Made by a program: the position numbers and the translations under genes
The notes under the pieces: generated by a model
Seen by the model: the letters and a program-made list of their open reading frames with translations, nothing else
The model's database searches: none
What the model was told of the DNA's origin: nothing
Source: the human T2T-CHM13v2.0 reference genome, Homo sapiens
Assembly (NCBI RefSeq): GCF_009914755.1
Contig: NC_060947.1
Direction: 5' to 3' (one strand)
DNA length: 64,000 nt
Shown here: positions 61,851 to 64,000 of the stretch, one piece after another
Position numbering within the stretch: the stretch's first letter is position 1
Layout of the letters: every line of letters starts with the position of its first letter

Positions 61851-63439
61851 GTAAGTATTGCTATATTATTATATTTGCTGCATGGAAAATGACACTTAAG
61901 AAATTAATAAGTCCTACTTTTGTTCTCTTTCTTTGGATAACTTTCATGAAAACAGTATTTTAGATAATTTTTGATTGAAATTTTTATCTTGCCTGTTTAT
62001 ATTTTGGCTTCTTTGTTGACATTATAGAAACTCAGTTTAAACAGATAAAATCCTAGTGGGAAATTCTTGAAAGTTGGATTCAAAGTGATTGAGCAGAATT
62101 TTGTTTTGCTGGAGGTACAGCAATCATTAGAAAGTGGACAAAAATCAGAGAGTTATTTTGGCAAATACACACACATACATACACAAATACTGTGCTGCAT
62201 ATCACACAATTTGAATAGATGCCTTTATTTTACATTATCTTATAATAGTATTTTACTTTATATGCCATGGTAAATGAAAATTATTTGTAAAGTGAAATAA
62301 ACCCACCTGTTAGAAAAAAACGGTTGTTGATAATTATTCAAAGTGTATATGTGCCACCAAATGCAGCAAGTTGTTGCTGAACATGCATTTGATCACATCT
62401 TCTTATGGAAATAATATTGAATCAGAAGCAAACTTTCAGATTTGATGACATTAATAAGTCTAGTTTGTAATGAACCCTTGTGATAAAGAATCAAATATCT
62501 GCTAAGGACCCGAACCAAAATATTTCCTTGGAACACTTTGCGTGACAGTAATAATGTCAATTTGAGTCAGAACAGGACTATGCAAAGATTTAAGGATGTT
62601 GGAATATGTTGACTTTCTCATAACTGTTAGAGTAAAATGAGATGTTGCTTAGTGTTAGCTACTGTCCTCAGAAACCAAAAGACAAACACTAAACAAAAAT
62701 ATTATCATATTAAGTCTCACCTCAATGATAACAAACTGAGAATGAGATAACATATGTAAAAGCAAGGATCCTTAGGATTTTATTTTTTAAAAGTCAGTTT
62801 ATACATGTGTAAGAAATATTTTTTAATCACTTAGATTTTCAATATTCATAAAATACAATGTAGTCCAGTATAACTGTTATGATTTAATTATAATTTCAGA
62901 TATAATTTGATAAGAGTAGTATACTATATAGAGATTAATTTGTTTTAGGCATTGTGTGGAGATACCAATATTTTTGGTCAGGTTAATAAGTTTCTTGTGC
63001 TAGATAATTATACATTCTTCTTTAATCACCTGGGCTTTCCTTTTTAGAGTCTTTTTTCTTTTTCCATTGTCAAAAAATGTTGATTAAAAAAATTCTTTAA
63101 AAAATAATCACTCTTTCCAGAACTTTATTATAAAATTACAATCTGTTTATGCTCCAATAAACTGTTAACAATTATAGGTGTCATATTATGTTTAAGTGAT
63201 ATTAATGTTAACACATGAAATATCAAAACCTGAAAATTTAAATTTTAATGTTTATCACTTAAGTATTCTTTTTTTAATGTCACCCAGAAAAGTTACTTTC
63301 CTTAAGATTTTTAAAATCGAATTTTCCTTTTGATGCCCTAAAATTATTTAGAGCTATCAATATTTGCCTTAAAGAAATATACGGACAGGAACACAATTCC
63401 TATATTGTAATGGTCTTTCAGTTAGACTGGAGGAATCAG

Positions 63440-63640
63440 TTCAAGAAATCTATTTTATGTGATAGTGACTGTAGTTAATAACAGTGTGTTGTATACTCGA
63501 AATTTCCTAAGAGTGTATGTAGACTTTAATTGTTCGTACCACAAAAAAATGTAAGTAGGCGAGGCAATATATGTTAATTAGCTTGATTTAGCCATTCCAG
63601 TATGTATACATATTTGAAAACATACAATTTCCATCAAAAA
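63440..63640 (+). mobile_element. L1MA-type 3' end fragment
   Basis: gtgactgtagttaataac..ttgtatactcgaaattt.ctaagag..gttaattagcttgatttagccattcc. Confidence 0.65.
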
Positions 63641-63784
63641 AGCAAATGATAATTTTTAAAAATTCTAATGGTATATATAAACATCAAATACCAGAAAGAA
63701 AACAGGGAATACTGAAAGGACCGGTGCTCATAGTGTCTGTATAAGAAGTATTTCTCATTTCTGTTTCTTCTTTTTTCTCTACAG

Positions 63785-63893
63785 TCTAGATAAACTTTTA
63801 GGGGCTATAACAACAGCAGCAGAAAGAAATAACAGGGAACGATTTTCACCAATTGTGGAAGGTTTAGAAAATCAGGAAGCCTTGCAATTACAG
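63785..63893 (+). CDS. DIAPH2: DIAPH2 coding exon (109 nt; LDKLLGAITTAAERNNRERFSPIVEGLENQEALQLQ)
   Basis: Long pyrimidine tract ending ctctacag| and donor CAG|gtgagt. RF.P(I/L)V.GL is typical of the FH3/DID start. Confidence 0.96.
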
Positions 63894-64000
63894 GTGAGTT
63901 AGTTTTGTCTTAAATTGCTTCTAGAGTTATATTTAGAGTACTCATTTTGTATGACATCAACTCCATTTTAGCTGGCATTTAAGTAGTATGGAATGTAAAA

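Overview
Primate (most likely human) X-chromosome genomic DNA, AT-rich and repeat-dense, lying inside the formin gene DIAPH2 (+ strand). Five DIAPH2 coding exons (26882-27021, 57603-57677, 57758-57827, 61714-61850, 63785-63893; 531 nt, 177 codons) splice in frame and encode part of the N-terminal GTPase-binding/DID (FH3) region. The intronless retrogene RPA4 (ATG 29592 to TGA 30377, 261 aa; an RPA2 paralogue and subunit of alternative RPA) is nested on the same strand in the 30.6-kb intron. The rest is intronic: about 16 Alus, L1s of several ages, L2/MIR relics, Tigger and hAT DNA transposons and a piggyBac-derived MER85. The most notable structures read from the sequence are: (i) an L1PA insertion apparently carrying a ~300-bp 3' transduction with its own AATAAA and poly(A); (ii) two multi-level nested transposon stacks; (iii) an inverted L1PA pair bracketing one DIAPH2 exon plus RPA4; (iv) cryptic splice signals and a 21-bp tandem repeat in the RPA4 leader; (v) two templated-insertion-like scars; (vi) a T19 acceptor tract and a candidate Alu poison exon. 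I found no prokaryotic-type system (CRISPR etc.), and nearly all other ORF-track entries are repeat-derived or chance ORFs. Repeat subfamily calls come from recalled consensus sequences and need RepeatMasker/Dfam confirmation.
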